NCBI GenBank assembly: GCA_965213975.1
Contig: OZ243930.1
Coordinates: 2,166,390-2,230,389, forward strand
From: Candidatus Spongiisociaceae bacterium
GTDB taxonomy: Bacteria; Actinomycetota; Acidimicrobiia; Spongiisociales; Spongiisociaceae
DNA: 64,000 nt
Direction of reading: 5' to 3'
Shown piece by piece: positions 7,902 through 17,211 of the stretch (positions are counted from its first letter, which is position 1; each line of letters opens with the position of its first letter). A program made the position numbers and the translations under genes. Under the pieces are notes generated by a model that did not search any database, was not told where the DNA came from, and worked only from the letters and a program-made list of their open reading frames with translations.

Positions 7902-8585
7902 TTAGTTTCGGAGGATTGCTCCGTAGACGAAGCCGAGGGGGCCCATCCTCCAGAGTTGCTCTAGGTGGAGGGGGGCGTTGCGGTACAACTCTTCGGGTGG
8001 GGGAAGCTTGTCGAGCGAGCGGTGCAGGTAGACATACTCCTGTCGTGCGCCGATCAGGAGTCCCGCCAGAGGAACGGTCACGCCCGTCGCTACCCGGTGG
8101 ACTGCTGCGGCCAATCCCCCGACCGGTCGGGTTAGACCCACGATGCCCGCTTTTCCTCCGGGGCGCAATACTCGAGCTATCTCGGCCAACGTTATGTCCA
8201 CGGAATCTAGGTTGCGCATCACGAACGCCGTGAACACCGCCTCGAAAGTGTTATCCCCGAACGGAATCTGCTCGCCTTTGCCCACCACCCGCATCGATGC
8301 GGGGTTCAGGTCGAGCATCGCCTGAGCCGGATCTAGTGCCACCACGGTAGACCCGGAGAAGAGCCGATCCGCCGCCCCTGTCCCGGCACCAAGATCAAGC
8401 ACCCGATCCCGCGTCAGGAGCTGGTCAGCCACTCTCCTCCGCCAGGCCTGATCCTGACCTAGGGCGAGCACCCGGTTGACGGCATCGTAACGCCGAGCGA
8501 TCCTGGCGAATATGGCATCCGTGCCCGCTGTCTGAGCCGCCGGGCCCGGAGGCTCAACCGATTCGATCGAACCCGGTGTAGGCAC
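7902..8585 (-). CDS. Class I SAM-dependent methyltransferase (UbiE/MenG-like)
   Basis: The protein contains the glycine-rich motif VLDLGAGTGA followed by a methyltransferase fold. The annotated 5' end overlaps the serS 3' end by about 30 nt, so the true start may be further downstream. Confidence 0.7.
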   Translation of the reverse strand: MPTPGSIESVEPPGPAAQTAGTDAIFARIARRYDAVNRVLALGQDQAWRRRVADQLLTRDRVLDLGAGTGAADRLFSGSTVVALDPAQAMLDLNPASMRVVGKGEQIPFGDNTFEAVFTAFVMRNLDSVDITLAEIARVLRPGGKAGIVGLTRPVGGLAAAVHRVATGVTVPLAGLLIGARQEYVYLHRSLDKLPPPEELYRNAPLHLEQLWRMGPLGFVYGAILRN

Positions 8586-9807
8586 GTAGCGCTTCGGGGA
8601 TTATCACCGACCCGTCCTCCTGCTGGTGGTTCTCGAGCAAGGCGATCAAGGCCCTTCCCACCGCCACGGCGGTTCCGTTGAGAGTATGAACCAACCGATT
8701 TCCCTCCGACGTTCGGAACCGTATTCGTAGTCGCCGGCTCTGGAAGTCGGTGGTGTTGGAACAGGAGGTGATCTCCCGGTATCGGGCCTGGGACGGCACC
8801 CACGCCTCGATGTCGTATTTCTTGGAGGCGGACGCCCCGAGATCACCAGCGGCCACGTTCACCACGCGGTAGGGGATCTCGAGACGTTGCACCAGATCCT
8901 CCTCGATGGCGAGGAGCCTCTCGTGCTCCTCCCGGGATCGGTCGGGATGGCAGAAAGAGAACATCTCCACCTTGTCGAACTGGTGAACGCGGAAGATACC
9001 GGCAGTGTCTTGGCCGTGAGCACCTGCCTCCCGACGGAAGCAGCTCGAGTAACCGGCGTACCGGAGGGGGAGGTCCGTCTCGGACAGGATCTCGTCGGCG
9101 TGGAACCCGGCCAGCGGAACCTCGGATGTCCCGACCAGGAACAGATTGTCGCGCTCCAGCCGATAGACCTGGTCCTCGTCATCCGGGAAGAACCCGGTGC
9201 CGAAGAGAGCCTTTTCTCGCACCAGGACCGGGGGGACCACCGGAACGAAACCCTTCGCTCCCAACAAATCAAAAGCCATCCGCACCAAAGAGAACTGGAT
9301 CAATACTGCCGGACCTAGCAGGTAACCGAACCGGCTTCCCGAGACCTTGGCAGCCCGCTCGATGTCGATGGCACCGAGCGAGACTCCCAGATCCTGATGA
9401 TCGCGAACCGGGAAGTCGAAGGCTCTGCGGTCCCCCCACTGGTGAATCTCCTCTCCGTCTGCCTCAGACAAGCCGTGGGCGGCGGTGGGGTCCGCCAAGT
9501 TCGGCACTCGCACCCACATGGTTCGGAAGGACTCATCCAACCGGTCGGCGGCGGCGATTAACTCTTTGTATCGAGCGGCGAGATTCCCAGCCTTCTGGAT
9601 GGCTGCTCGACGTTCGTCCCCCTGCAGTCTGGAGATGGCGCGACCGAGGTGCCGCTGCTCAGCCCGAACCGCCTCGGCCTCGGCTCGGACCCGTCGGCGC
9701 TCCTGATCGAGCTCCAGCATACGAGGGACGTCAAGGTCCAACCCGCGGCGTTCCAGAGCCGCGGCCAAACCAGTGGGGTCATCCCGGAGAATCGCCAGAT
9801 CAATCAT
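8554..9807 (-). CDS. serS: Seryl-tRNA synthetase
   Basis: The 417-aa protein has an N-terminal coiled-coil arm and the class II core motifs (...FRRE...GIFRVHQFDKVE...TLNGTAVAVGRALIALLEN). Confidence 0.95.
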   Translation of the reverse strand: MIDLAILRDDPTGLAAALERRGLDLDVPRMLELDQERRRVRAEAEAVRAEQRHLGRAISRLQGDERRAAIQKAGNLAARYKELIAAADRLDESFRTMWVRVPNLADPTAAHGLSEADGEEIHQWGDRRAFDFPVRDHQDLGVSLGAIDIERAAKVSGSRFGYLLGPAVLIQFSLVRMAFDLLGAKGFVPVVPPVLVREKALFGTGFFPDDEDQVYRLERDNLFLVGTSEVPLAGFHADEILSETDLPLRYAGYSSCFRREAGAHGQDTAGIFRVHQFDKVEMFSFCHPDRSREEHERLLAIEEDLVQRLEIPYRVVNVAAGDLGASASKKYDIEAWVPSQARYREITSCSNTTDFQSRRLRIRFRTSEGNRLVHTLNGTAVAVGRALIALLENHQQEDGSVIIPEALRAYTGFDRIG

Positions 9808-9843
9808 TCCTTCACCATGTTATGCCGGTGGTCAGCAGAACTA

Positions 9844-10920
9844 CTAACCCCTCGGGTTGATGCGGATCGGCGACTCCCACACGTTGTTGGAGGTGTCCAA
9901 CTCATCCTCTACTACCGTGACTTTGAAGGTAAGCAGGTACTCCGCCCCCGGCTCCACCACCTCCGTCCCGAACAGGACCGATCCGATTTCCCCCGGCGCC
10001 AAATCCAAGGCCGGACTATCCACTGAGGAAAGCGTCTCACCGCCTTCGGATCGAATACCGGCCGTCACCAAGAGTCCCTTCTGTTCTACGTTGCCCCGGT
10101 TACCTACCACCGCGCTGAACTGCAGCCGCTCTGTCGCCGGGAACAAAATCTCTCCCTCCTGACCCAAACCACCGGCGGGCAAGGGCTCGAACACCACCTG
10201 GAGAATGGCGACATCCCGACGCACGCCCATCGCCGTGCTGCTTCGGATGGTTCGCGCTAGCCTCTCGCCGTTGAGAAGCGGCCTCTGGTCGATTATGAAC
10301 GAGATATCGGGCATTGAGTTGGTTATGCCCATCTCTTCTATCAGGTCGTCCGCCCTGGCGAGGTAACTCTCATACACCAGATCCCCAACCCGGATTCGAG
10401 CGATGGCCCCTCCCAAACGGTCGACCGGCACCGAACCAGATGGGTCGTCGGTCACGTCGGTGACTGCGTCTCGAAACTCGACCAATCCCTCCTCCCAGGA
10501 GGTGAAGGCGAGCTCGAGTAAGTCCCTCACCGACGACACCCTTTCCGGTACCGGTACCTCCCTGAACTCCTGCGCCTCCACCATCATCTCCGCGGAGAGC
10601 CGATCCATTAACGCTACGAAGTCGTCTCGGTTGATGGTCCGCAGTTCGTTGCTGACCAGCCGCCGAAATCCCTCGGCTATCTGATCCACCTGCCCGGCGG
10701 ACACTCGGGCCATATCGAAAAAGGCAGTCTGCTCGCGAGCCCTGGTTCCGAGGTTTCCGACCGCCGCGGAAAGCCCCACCACCGTCGCCAATAATCCGGC
10801 CAATACCCAAACCCACCGTCGCCGGGCACGAGGACGTCGTGGCCGATACCGCTCGGTCACGAGCCTCTTCTCCTGATGGTCAGCTGAGAGGCAGCAACGC
10901 CTGTCGCCAAGCCGGAACAC
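9844..10920 (-). CDS. Hypothetical membrane-anchored protein with C-terminal CARDB-like beta domains
   Basis: The 358-aa ORF has codon usage consistent with neighbours. It has a basic N-terminus followed by a TM helix (WVWVLAGLLATVVGLSAAV). The C-terminus reads ...TFKVTVVEDELDTSNNVWESPIRIN. Confidence 0.55.
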   Translation of the reverse strand: MFRLGDRRCCLSADHQEKRLVTERYRPRRPRARRRWVWVLAGLLATVVGLSAAVGNLGTRAREQTAFFDMARVSAGQVDQIAEGFRRLVSNELRTINRDDFVALMDRLSAEMMVEAQEFREVPVPERVSSVRDLLELAFTSWEEGLVEFRDAVTDVTDDPSGSVPVDRLGGAIARIRVGDLVYESYLARADDLIEEMGITNSMPDISFIIDQRPLLNGERLARTIRSSTAMGVRRDVAILQVVFEPLPAGGLGQEGEILFPATERLQFSAVVGNRGNVEQKGLLVTAGIRSEGGETLSSVDSPALDLAPGEIGSVLFGTEVVEPGAEYLLTFKVTVVEDELDTSNNVWESPIRINPRG

Positions 10921-11131
10921 TCAACTGCGCCCAATAGCCGATCCAACCGAACCCCTGTCCATTCCCGAGTCGAATACCACCCACCCGCACAATCGAGCGT
11001 AGCCACGACGGTACATGTTTCCTACGAACCAACCACAAACACCGAGCGAGCCCATGACCGCCGAAACAACCCCGCCCCACTTGCACCTGGCCACAGACCA
11101 CACGCCACAGGAGTAACATTCCCTGGTTCCG

Positions 11132-11217
11132 GGGCGAGTGGCGGAATTGGTAGACGCGCTGGGTTCAGGACCCAGTGAGCATTTAAGCTCGTGGAGGTTC
11201 GAGTCCTCTCTCGCCCA
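11132..11217 (+). tRNA. tRNA-Leu (anticodon CAG)
   Basis: The sequence is GGGCGAGTGGCGGAATTGGTAGACGCGCTGGGTTCAGGACCCAGTGAGCATTTAAGCTCGTGGAGGTTCGAGTCCTCTCTCGCCCA. It has a long variable arm and an anticodon loop TTCAGGA. Confidence 0.9.
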
Positions 11218-11245
11218 CTACAAACCAGACAGAGTCTCACCAATT

Positions 11246-11407
11246 CCGACGGTGTACTGGACCCTCCGCGAAAATGTGCGCGCCCGCCTCCGCGTTCTGG
11301 CCCGGCGCACCCTCCGCAAGTACCACTACCCGCCCGACAAGCAAGAGAGAGCTACCCAAACCGTCCTGCAACAGGCTGAAGTCCTCTCAGAAGCCTGGGC
11401 CGCCTAA
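11246..11407 (+). pseudogene. hsdR: Remnant of a type I restriction enzyme R subunit (HsdR): the C-terminal ~50 codons only
   Basis: Immediately 3' of tRNA-Leu the sequence translates to ...[50 protein letters not shown], which is the conserved extreme C-terminus of HsdR proteins (...R.[33 protein letters not shown].L). No upstream body of the gene is present. Confidence 0.6.
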
Positions 11408-11429
11408 CCCTTGCTGCGGCTTGTGCCCC

Positions 11430-11960
11430 TCATTTAGACGTGGAATCGAACAGCGATCCAAGTGGTTTGGGCTTCGCTGCCCTTCGTTTCTTCGCGGCTA
11501 TCCGCTTCATGCGCTGCTGCACCAAGTGGACAGCCCTCTCTACCGACAAGCGCTCATTCTTGGTTCGTAGGGAACGTATGCATACGGGTCCGGCTGCGCT
11601 CTGCAAAAGGTCTTCCCATTCACGGGCCGCTCGGAACACGAGAACGACCATCTCATCCCTGGTGACTTTCCGCCCGCGGGGATCCAGCCAGATCACCGAC
11701 TGGTGCTGTTCGAGGCAGAGCAGGATCATATCGTGATTCGATGTGACCACTACCTGGTTGGTAGCTCGGGCATGGTCGATAATTTCCTGGTCGGAAGAGC
11801 CCCGGGGCGGAGCGCTGTCTTTCTCGTTCCCTACGTAGCTGGCGTTGTATTCGAGTTGCCGCAGCGCGCTGGCCACTCTCCACGGAAGGTTCTCATCGAA
11901 TAGGAGACGGCATCGGGGATGTCTACGCCGCTGGCTTCGACTCTCAGGCGGCGATTTCAT
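11430..11960 (-). CDS. DUF5615 (PIN-like) domain protein, putative toxin partner of the DUF433 protein
   Basis: The protein contains RLLFDENLPWRVASALRQLEYNASYV...VVVTSNHD, typical of the DUF5615 family, plus a basic C-terminal tail. Its 5' end overlaps the upstream DUF433 gene, and the start is ambiguous (11960 or 11993). Confidence 0.6.
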   Translation of the reverse strand: MKSPPESRSQRRRHPRCRLLFDENLPWRVASALRQLEYNASYVGNEKDSAPPRGSSDQEIIDHARATNQVVVTSNHDMILLCLEQHQSVIWLDPRGRKVTRDEMVVLVFRAAREWEDLLQSAAGPVCIRSLRTKNERLSVERAVHLVQQRMKRIAAKKRRAAKPKPLGSLFDSTSK

Positions 11961-12576
11961 ACTGCAGGGCAGCGCGTACCTGTGTGATGTCAAGACTCAG
12001 GTCGTCGGCGATGTCCTCGATGTGGTCACCCACGGCTTCGAGGTCGGCTATAACGCTGGTGGGCACCCGGGTCCCATCGATGCACGGTGCGCCCGCCTGG
12101 ACTTTCGGGTTGAGCCACACGCCTTCGGATGGCCGCCAGATGGATGCGTACAGGTCGGGTCCGAACTCGATAGGACTCAGAAGCTCTTTGATCACCGCTG
12201 GGAAGGATCTCTGGCCACCTTTACCCAGGTCGACCCAATCCTTGAATTTGCCGAAGACGCCAGCACCTACCGTGGCCAACTCCTGATGAGCGAAGGGGTA
12301 GTTCGTATCGACGTGCTCAGCTATGTATTGTCCTCCTGCCCGGATCTCCTGTCGAGGAACGCCACGCCTGAGCAGTTCGGATATCACCCAGAGGCTGATC
12401 AGGTCGAGGAAAGAGAGGATCCGATCACTCTCCACAGGGTGCAGCGGATTGGCACCCCGGGTCCAACGCGCGACCGTCTCGGGGTGTCTGCCCACTACCC
12501 GGGCTGTCTCGATAATGTCGTAGATACCCCGCCCCAGTAGCGGTTCGGTCTTGCGAGCTTCAGCATGTGTAGCCAT
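11944..12576 (-). CDS. DUF433 domain protein with an N-terminal HTH-like extension, putative antitoxin
   Basis: The C-terminus reads GAPCIDGTRVPTSVIADLEAVGDHIEDIADDLSLDITQVRAALQYE, which matches the DUF433 core (G.P.I.GTR..V..I.....G.S.EEI...YP.L....I.AAL.Y). The gene sits directly upstream of, and overlaps, the DUF5615 gene. Confidence 0.65.
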   Translation of the reverse strand: MATHAEARKTEPLLGRGIYDIIETARVVGRHPETVARWTRGANPLHPVESDRILSFLDLISLWVISELLRRGVPRQEIRAGGQYIAEHVDTNYPFAHQELATVGAGVFGKFKDWVDLGKGGQRSFPAVIKELLSPIEFGPDLYASIWRPSEGVWLNPKVQAGAPCIDGTRVPTSVIADLEAVGDHIEDIADDLSLDITQVRAALQYEIAA

Positions 12577-12766
12577 AGCGGTCTCCGGCGTCTACGCGGT
12601 TGTGTGGCAAGAAACTACACGCTAGTAGGGGTTCGGGAGGTGACGTGGTCCCAAGCCCCCCGATAGACCGCCTCGTCAGGGGTGGTCGCGAAGACCCCAC
12701 GACCCATCGGCGCACTATGGTGCCCACCGGGTTTTCGGTGGCCAGCGGCTAGTTGGGTGGTGCGGG

Positions 12767-13237
12767 CTAACGAATTTCTGGAACACCGAGCCGGGTGTCT
12801 GGCTCGATTCGGTTCTTCAGTCGCTCTAGGTTGCTCTTCCAGATCCTGGCCAGGAGGATTCTTCCCACCCAGGCACCGACCGGGCCTCCATAACGCCAGG
12901 GAAACCGGATCCGCTCCTGCCACACGAGTCGGCTCTTGCCGGACGTGACGGGTGTCAGCTCGAAGCGGCCCACTCCCTGGAACAGGCCGGTGTGTCGACC
13001 CCTGATGATCCGCTTCGGGACCAATTCGGTTATCTCGAAGCGGTCGGTGGTGCGGAGCGGCCCCACCCGAGTGTCGATGAGAAGAACCGTGCCGATTCCT
13101 TGCGTACGGTCGGTCTCGAAGCGGATCGCAACCGCGTCCTTCATCCACTCGACGTGGGACTCGAACGCGGCGAGCTCCTTCCAGACTCGATCGACAGCCG
13201 CGTTGATTTCTGTCTCGACCGCTACCGAGACGTCCAT
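12767..13237 (-). CDS. SRPBCC (START/Bet v1-like, polyketide cyclase/dehydrase-type) family protein
   Basis: The protein begins MDVSVAVETEINAAVDRVWKELAAFESHVEWMKDAVAIRFE..., a typical SRPBCC sequence. The long GC-rich 5' extension of the ORF is unlikely to be coding. Confidence 0.65.
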   Translation of the reverse strand: MDVSVAVETEINAAVDRVWKELAAFESHVEWMKDAVAIRFETDRTQGIGTVLLIDTRVGPLRTTDRFEITELVPKRIIRGRHTGLFQGVGRFELTPVTSGKSRLVWQERIRFPWRYGGPVGAWVGRILLARIWKSNLERLKNRIEPDTRLGVPEIR

Positions 13238-13278
13238 CAGGGTGCCAACACGTCGGGGCCTGGGGGCCGAGGTCTTGC

Positions 13279-14565
13279 CTAGCCGCATAGTTCTCGGGCA
13301 AGCGGTGTGGGATTGACCGGACCTCCACCTCCTGGTTGGAACTCCCAGTGCAGGTGGGGGATATGGGCGGGGGCGTTGCCGGTGGTCCCGACCACCCCCA
13401 GCAAATCGCCTGCCGAGACGTCCTGCCCGGTGGTCAGGCCGGATGCCCAGGAATCCAGATGGGCGTAGTAGTAGACGTCGCCTCCTGCCCCCTGTAACCG
13501 TACGGTGATCCCTCCTAGGCCTCCCTGATACAGCTGCAAGATGCGGCCCGCCTCCACCGCTACCACCGGGGTGCCCCGGTCGGCCAAGATGTCGACCCCT
13601 TGGTGCCTTCGCCCGCCCGAACGAGGAGCTCCCCAACTGTCGGTGAAGGTGTTGAACCCGTCCACCGGGCACACCATCGTGGCGGGTTCGGGATCAGCCA
13701 CTGGAGGATCTGGCGAGGCGACCGATGTAGTGGTCGCAACGGGAGTCGTGGTGTCGGTGACCAAGATGGTGGTAGAAGTGCTGGTAGTAGTAGGGGCTGT
13801 GGTGGCGGGAGGGGCTTCCGTCGTGGTCGTTGACGAGGTGGTGTCCACGGGAGGGGATGTGTCGACGGTGGGATCAGTAGTCGAAACCGGGAGGGTGGTG
13901 GAGGTTGTAGGCGGGATAGTGGTGCTGGTGGCGAGAAAGGCGGCTCTGGCTTCTGCCTCGGCCCGGGCTCGGGCCTCCTCCTCCGCCCGCTGTGCCTCGA
14001 GGGCAAGCTGCAGCGCTTGGCCAGCGGCGATTCGTTCGTTGAGCTCAGCAGATAGGTCCTCTAGACGACGAAGGGCATCTTGATGGTCCTCCCGGTCGGT
14101 TTGTAACGACTCGGTCGCCTCCGTGAGCTGGCGGGTCAGGATCTCAAGCCCGTTGAAGAGCACTTGGTCCCTATCCCGAAGATCGTCCATGTACTCGACC
14201 CGGGTATCGACGTCCGAGAGCGTCCCGGCGAGGATCAGCGCCGCTAGATCGTGGCCCGCGCTGCTACTCATGTACAGATCGACGGCCCGTTCCCGGATCT
14301 GCTCCTGGAGATATCGCTGTTCCACCCCATAATCGGCGATCCTGGACTCAAGATCATCGATGCTGTCGGCTAGCTCGGCGTCTGTGGCCCAAGCGGCCAG
14401 GTAGTCCTCCGTAAGCTGCTGGGCGTCGGCCTCAATCCTGGCCAACTCGGCTTCGATCTCCTGAAGCTGATCCTCGGTGGTCTGCGCTGGCATCGGGGAA
14501 CCGGTCAAGGACCAGGCCAGGGCCGCAGTCATCACTATGAGGAGGCGGCGGGTGGGCCTGGTCAT
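13279..14565 (-). CDS. Secreted M23 family metallopeptidase (LytM-like) with an N-terminal coiled coil and a Thr/Pro-rich linker
   Basis: The protein has a signal peptide (MTRPTRRLLIVMTAALAWS) and long Glu/Ala/Arg coiled-coil heptads. A T/P/S-rich linker follows, and the C-terminal M23 motifs are HQGVDI...HLH. Confidence 0.85.
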   Translation of the reverse strand: MTRPTRRLLIVMTAALAWSLTGSPMPAQTTEDQLQEIEAELARIEADAQQLTEDYLAAWATDAELADSIDDLESRIADYGVEQRYLQEQIRERAVDLYMSSSAGHDLAALILAGTLSDVDTRVEYMDDLRDRDQVLFNGLEILTRQLTEATESLQTDREDHQDALRRLEDLSAELNERIAAGQALQLALEAQRAEEEARARAEAEARAAFLATSTTIPPTTSTTLPVSTTDPTVDTSPPVDTTSSTTTTEAPPATTAPTTTSTSTTILVTDTTTPVATTTSVASPDPPVADPEPATMVCPVDGFNTFTDSWGAPRSGGRRHQGVDILADRGTPVVAVEAGRILQLYQGGLGGITVRLQGAGGDVYYYAHLDSWASGLTTGQDVSAGDLLGVVGTTGNAPAHIPHLHWEFQPGGGGPVNPTPLARELCG

Positions 14566-15365
14566 TCGGGGCCCTCGGGCCGAACCGACCAAGTACCGGC
14601 TTCCCCCAAAGCCTCGCCCCGGCGGACCTGCGCTTCGGCGGCCAGCTTCCTGAGATGTGCCCGAGTGGATATCGTGGCGGCGGGCCGGAGAGGCGAACCA
14701 AGCTTTGGGTACACCGAATCGACTACCGCGTCCACGCTTCCGGCGCCAGCACGTACCGCCTCTAGGACTTGATTCTCTCGCTCGGTTCGATGGGCAAGGT
14801 AGTGATCCACCACTGAGATTGGTTCGGAGATGCGCTCACCGTGGCCGGGTAGGAAAGCATCAGCACCGAGGGTCTTCATACGTTCCAGGGACCGCATGTA
14901 TTCGATCATTTCCTCCACGCGTACCGTTGAGCCACCGATGATGTGGTCCCCGGTGAAGACCACCCGTTCGGATCCGCCTCGCATCAGAAAGCAGAGGTGG
15001 TCAGGGGTGTGGCCGGGCGTGTGGATCACGTCAAGCACCACCACGCCGAGGCGAACCCTATCGCCATCGCCCAGCCGTCGGTCGGGTACGAATCCGGCTT
15101 GTGGTGCGTGACCGTAGGTCTTGGCACCTAGATCCGCCGCCAGCCGGTGGGATAGCTGAGCATGATCGGCGTGAGCATGGGTAACCAGTACGGTGCCCAC
15201 CGACGTGCTTCCCAGCGTCTCCATGATCGCCCTGCGGTGGGCTTCGATGTCGGGACCGGGATCGATCACCATCCCTCGCGAACCTGAGACGATCACGTAG
15301 GTGTTGGTCCCCGGGCCGGTCATAGGTCCCGGGTTAGGGGCTAGCAAGCGATGAACCTGGGTCAC
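14562..15365 (-). CDS. MBL-fold metallo-hydrolase
   Basis: The protein contains PNPGPMTGPGTNTYVI...VTHAHADH...HTPGHTPDH. A GTG start at 15365 overlaps the fxsA stop (GTGA); an alternative ATG lies at 15323. Confidence 0.75.
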   Translation of the reverse strand: MTQVHRLLAPNPGPMTGPGTNTYVIVSGSRGMVIDPGPDIEAHRRAIMETLGSTSVGTVLVTHAHADHAQLSHRLAADLGAKTYGHAPQAGFVPDRRLGDGDRVRLGVVVLDVIHTPGHTPDHLCFLMRGGSERVVFTGDHIIGGSTVRVEEMIEYMRSLERMKTLGADAFLPGHGERISEPISVVDHYLAHRTERENQVLEAVRAGAGSVDAVVDSVYPKLGSPLRPAATISTRAHLRKLAAEAQVRRGEALGEAGTWSVRPEGPE

Positions 15366-15739
15366 TTGATGACGATGATGCGCCGCTTCATCAGGCGATC
15401 TGCCACGGTACGGCGGATTCCCTCTCTCAGCTGGGGGACCATCAAGACGAAACCGATGGCGTCGGTCAGGAAGCCCGGAGTCAGCAACAGCGCACCACCG
15501 ACCAAGACCATGGCCCCGTGGACCAGCTGGTGACCGGGCAGCACACCAGCGGCTAGGTCCTCCTGGATTCTTCGCCACACCAGGAACCCCTGGCTTCTCA
15601 CCAGAAAGGCCCCCACCACGGCGGTGGTGACGATGCTGACAATAAGCCAGGCAATACCGATCCGGTCTCCCACCTGGATGAAGACCAGGAGCTCGATGAT
15701 CGGGATCAGGATGAAGGCCCCACCTAGGAATACTCCCAT
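15362..15739 (-). CDS. fxsA: FxsA family cytoplasmic membrane protein
   Basis: The protein begins MGVFLGGAFILIPIIELLVFIQVGDRIGIAWLIV... and has two TM helices, matching the FxsA signature. Confidence 0.8.
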   Translation of the reverse strand: MGVFLGGAFILIPIIELLVFIQVGDRIGIAWLIVSIVTTAVVGAFLVRSQGFLVWRRIQEDLAAGVLPGHQLVHGAMVLVGGALLLTPGFLTDAIGFVLMVPQLREGIRRTVADRLMKRRIIVIK

Positions 15740-15858
15740 GTGTGCCAGCTTATCCGCTTAGGGAACCCTCGGTTGACATGCCTGCGGCCGGAAGACTCGA
15801 GCTGGTTGGATCGCCTTCGGCGGGAGATGAGCTGGGCGGGCTGGGTTATCCTCCCCTG

Positions 15859-17211
15859 ATGCCCGATCTTCGCCGCCTCCCGTCGGTCGATGCTCTGGCC
15901 AGGCGGTTGCTCACCTCACCTAGCTGCGATCTACCGCAGGCTGTAGTAATCGAGATTGCCCGGCGCAACATTGAGGCTGCCCGATCCGCGGCCCTCGACG
16001 GCCGAGATATCGATCCGGACGAGATGGCCCAATTTGAGGTCAGGAGACTGTCAAGTACCCGCATTGACCGAGTCGTCAACGCTACCGGGGTCATCCTCCA
16101 CACCAACCTGGGCCGGGCCCCGTTGCATGCGTCGGCGGCGGCAGCAGCCCGCCGGGCCGCCCTGGGCTACACCAATCTGGAGTTTGACCTCACCGAGGGC
16201 GCTCGAGGCGGCAGGGGTCGCTACCTGACCGAGTTGCTTACCCACCTGACCGGGGCCGGAGCGGCTATGGCGGTGAACAACAACGCCGCCGCCCTCTTTC
16301 TGACCCTCCACACGCTGGCCGGGGACGGCTCGGTTCCGGTGTCCCGAGGGGAGCTGATCGAGATCGGCGGGTCCTATCGCCTACCCGAGTTGATGGCAGC
16401 ATCTGGTACCCGTTTGCTGGAAGTTGGAACCACCAACCGGACCCGGATCGCCGACTACCGCCAGGCGATCCAAGAGGACACCCGCCTGCTGCTGAAGGTC
16501 CACCCGTCTAACTACCGAGTGGTGGGCTTCTGCGAGGAGGTGTCCGTCAGGGATCTGGTGAGTCTGGCTCATACCCACCACCTTCCGGTGGTGTATGACG
16601 TCGGAAGCGGGCTGGTCGACCGAGAGACCCCCTGGCTGGGCGGGCCGCCTCCCCGGTGGATAGGGGACGAACCAGGCGTACGCCAGGTACTCGCCGATGG
16701 TGCCGATCTGGTCACCTTCTCGGGGGACAAGCTGTTCGGAGGCTGCCAGGCGGGCATCATTGCGGGACGACCTGACCTGGTGGCTGGCTTGAAGGCCAGC
16801 CCGGTCGCCCGGGCGATGCGCTTGGATGGTTCGTCGCTCGCCGCTCTCAGCCGCACCTGCGAGCTCTACGCCGAGGGAAGAGGTGCCGAGATCCCGTTCT
16901 GGAGGAAGGTGAATTACCCGGTGGACGATCTGGAGTCCCGTCTGCAGCGTCTTGCCGATCAGGCCGGGGTGGCCCGAGACATCCGTCAGTCTGAGTCAAT
17001 GGTGGGGGCCGGGTCGGTTCCAGGCATGACGGTTCCTACTCCGGTGCTCGCCCTGCCCGATGGTGAGGGACTCTGGGACGGCTTGTTGAGGGGGAACCCG
17101 CCGGTGGTGGCCCGCCGTTCGGCAGGCGAGCTGTTGGTCGATCTCCGAGCGGTCGATTCGGATGACGACGTGCTTATCGCCGCCTCGCTGAGAGAACTGT
17201 GCCGGTCGTAG
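15859..17211 (+). CDS. selA: L-seryl-tRNA(Sec) selenium transferase
   Basis: The protein carries a PLP-dependent fold with SelA-specific motifs (MPDLRRLPSVDALARRLL... ; ...FSGDKLFGGCQAGIIAGRPDLVAGL...). The longer ORF from 15742 would abut the divergent fxsA start with no promoter space, so the start is placed at M40 (15859). Confidence 0.85.
   Translation: MPDLRRLPSVDALARRLLTSPSCDLPQAVVIEIARRNIEAARSAALDGRDIDPDEMAQFEVRRLSSTRIDRVVNATGVILHTNLGRAPLHASAAAAARRAALGYTNLEFDLTEGARGGRGRYLTELLTHLTGAGAAMAVNNNAAALFLTLHTLAGDGSVPVSRGELIEIGGSYRLPELMAASGTRLLEVGTTNRTRIADYRQAIQEDTRLLLKVHPSNYRVVGFCEEVSVRDLVSLAHTHHLPVVYDVGSGLVDRETPWLGGPPPRWIGDEPGVRQVLADGADLVTFSGDKLFGGCQAGIIAGRPDLVAGLKASPVARAMRLDGSSLAALSRTCELYAEGRGAEIPFWRKVNYPVDDLESRLQRLADQAGVARDIRQSESMVGAGSVPGMTVPTPVLALPDGEGLWDGLLRGNPPVVARRSAGELLVDLRAVDSDDDVLIAASLRELCRS

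Noticed and set aside
11138-11407. 89-aa ORF starting inside tRNA-Leu
   Set aside because: The first ~35 codons are the tRNA itself read as protein. Only the 3' ~50 codons carry signal (the HsdR C-terminal remnant), which is annotated separately as a pseudogene fragment.
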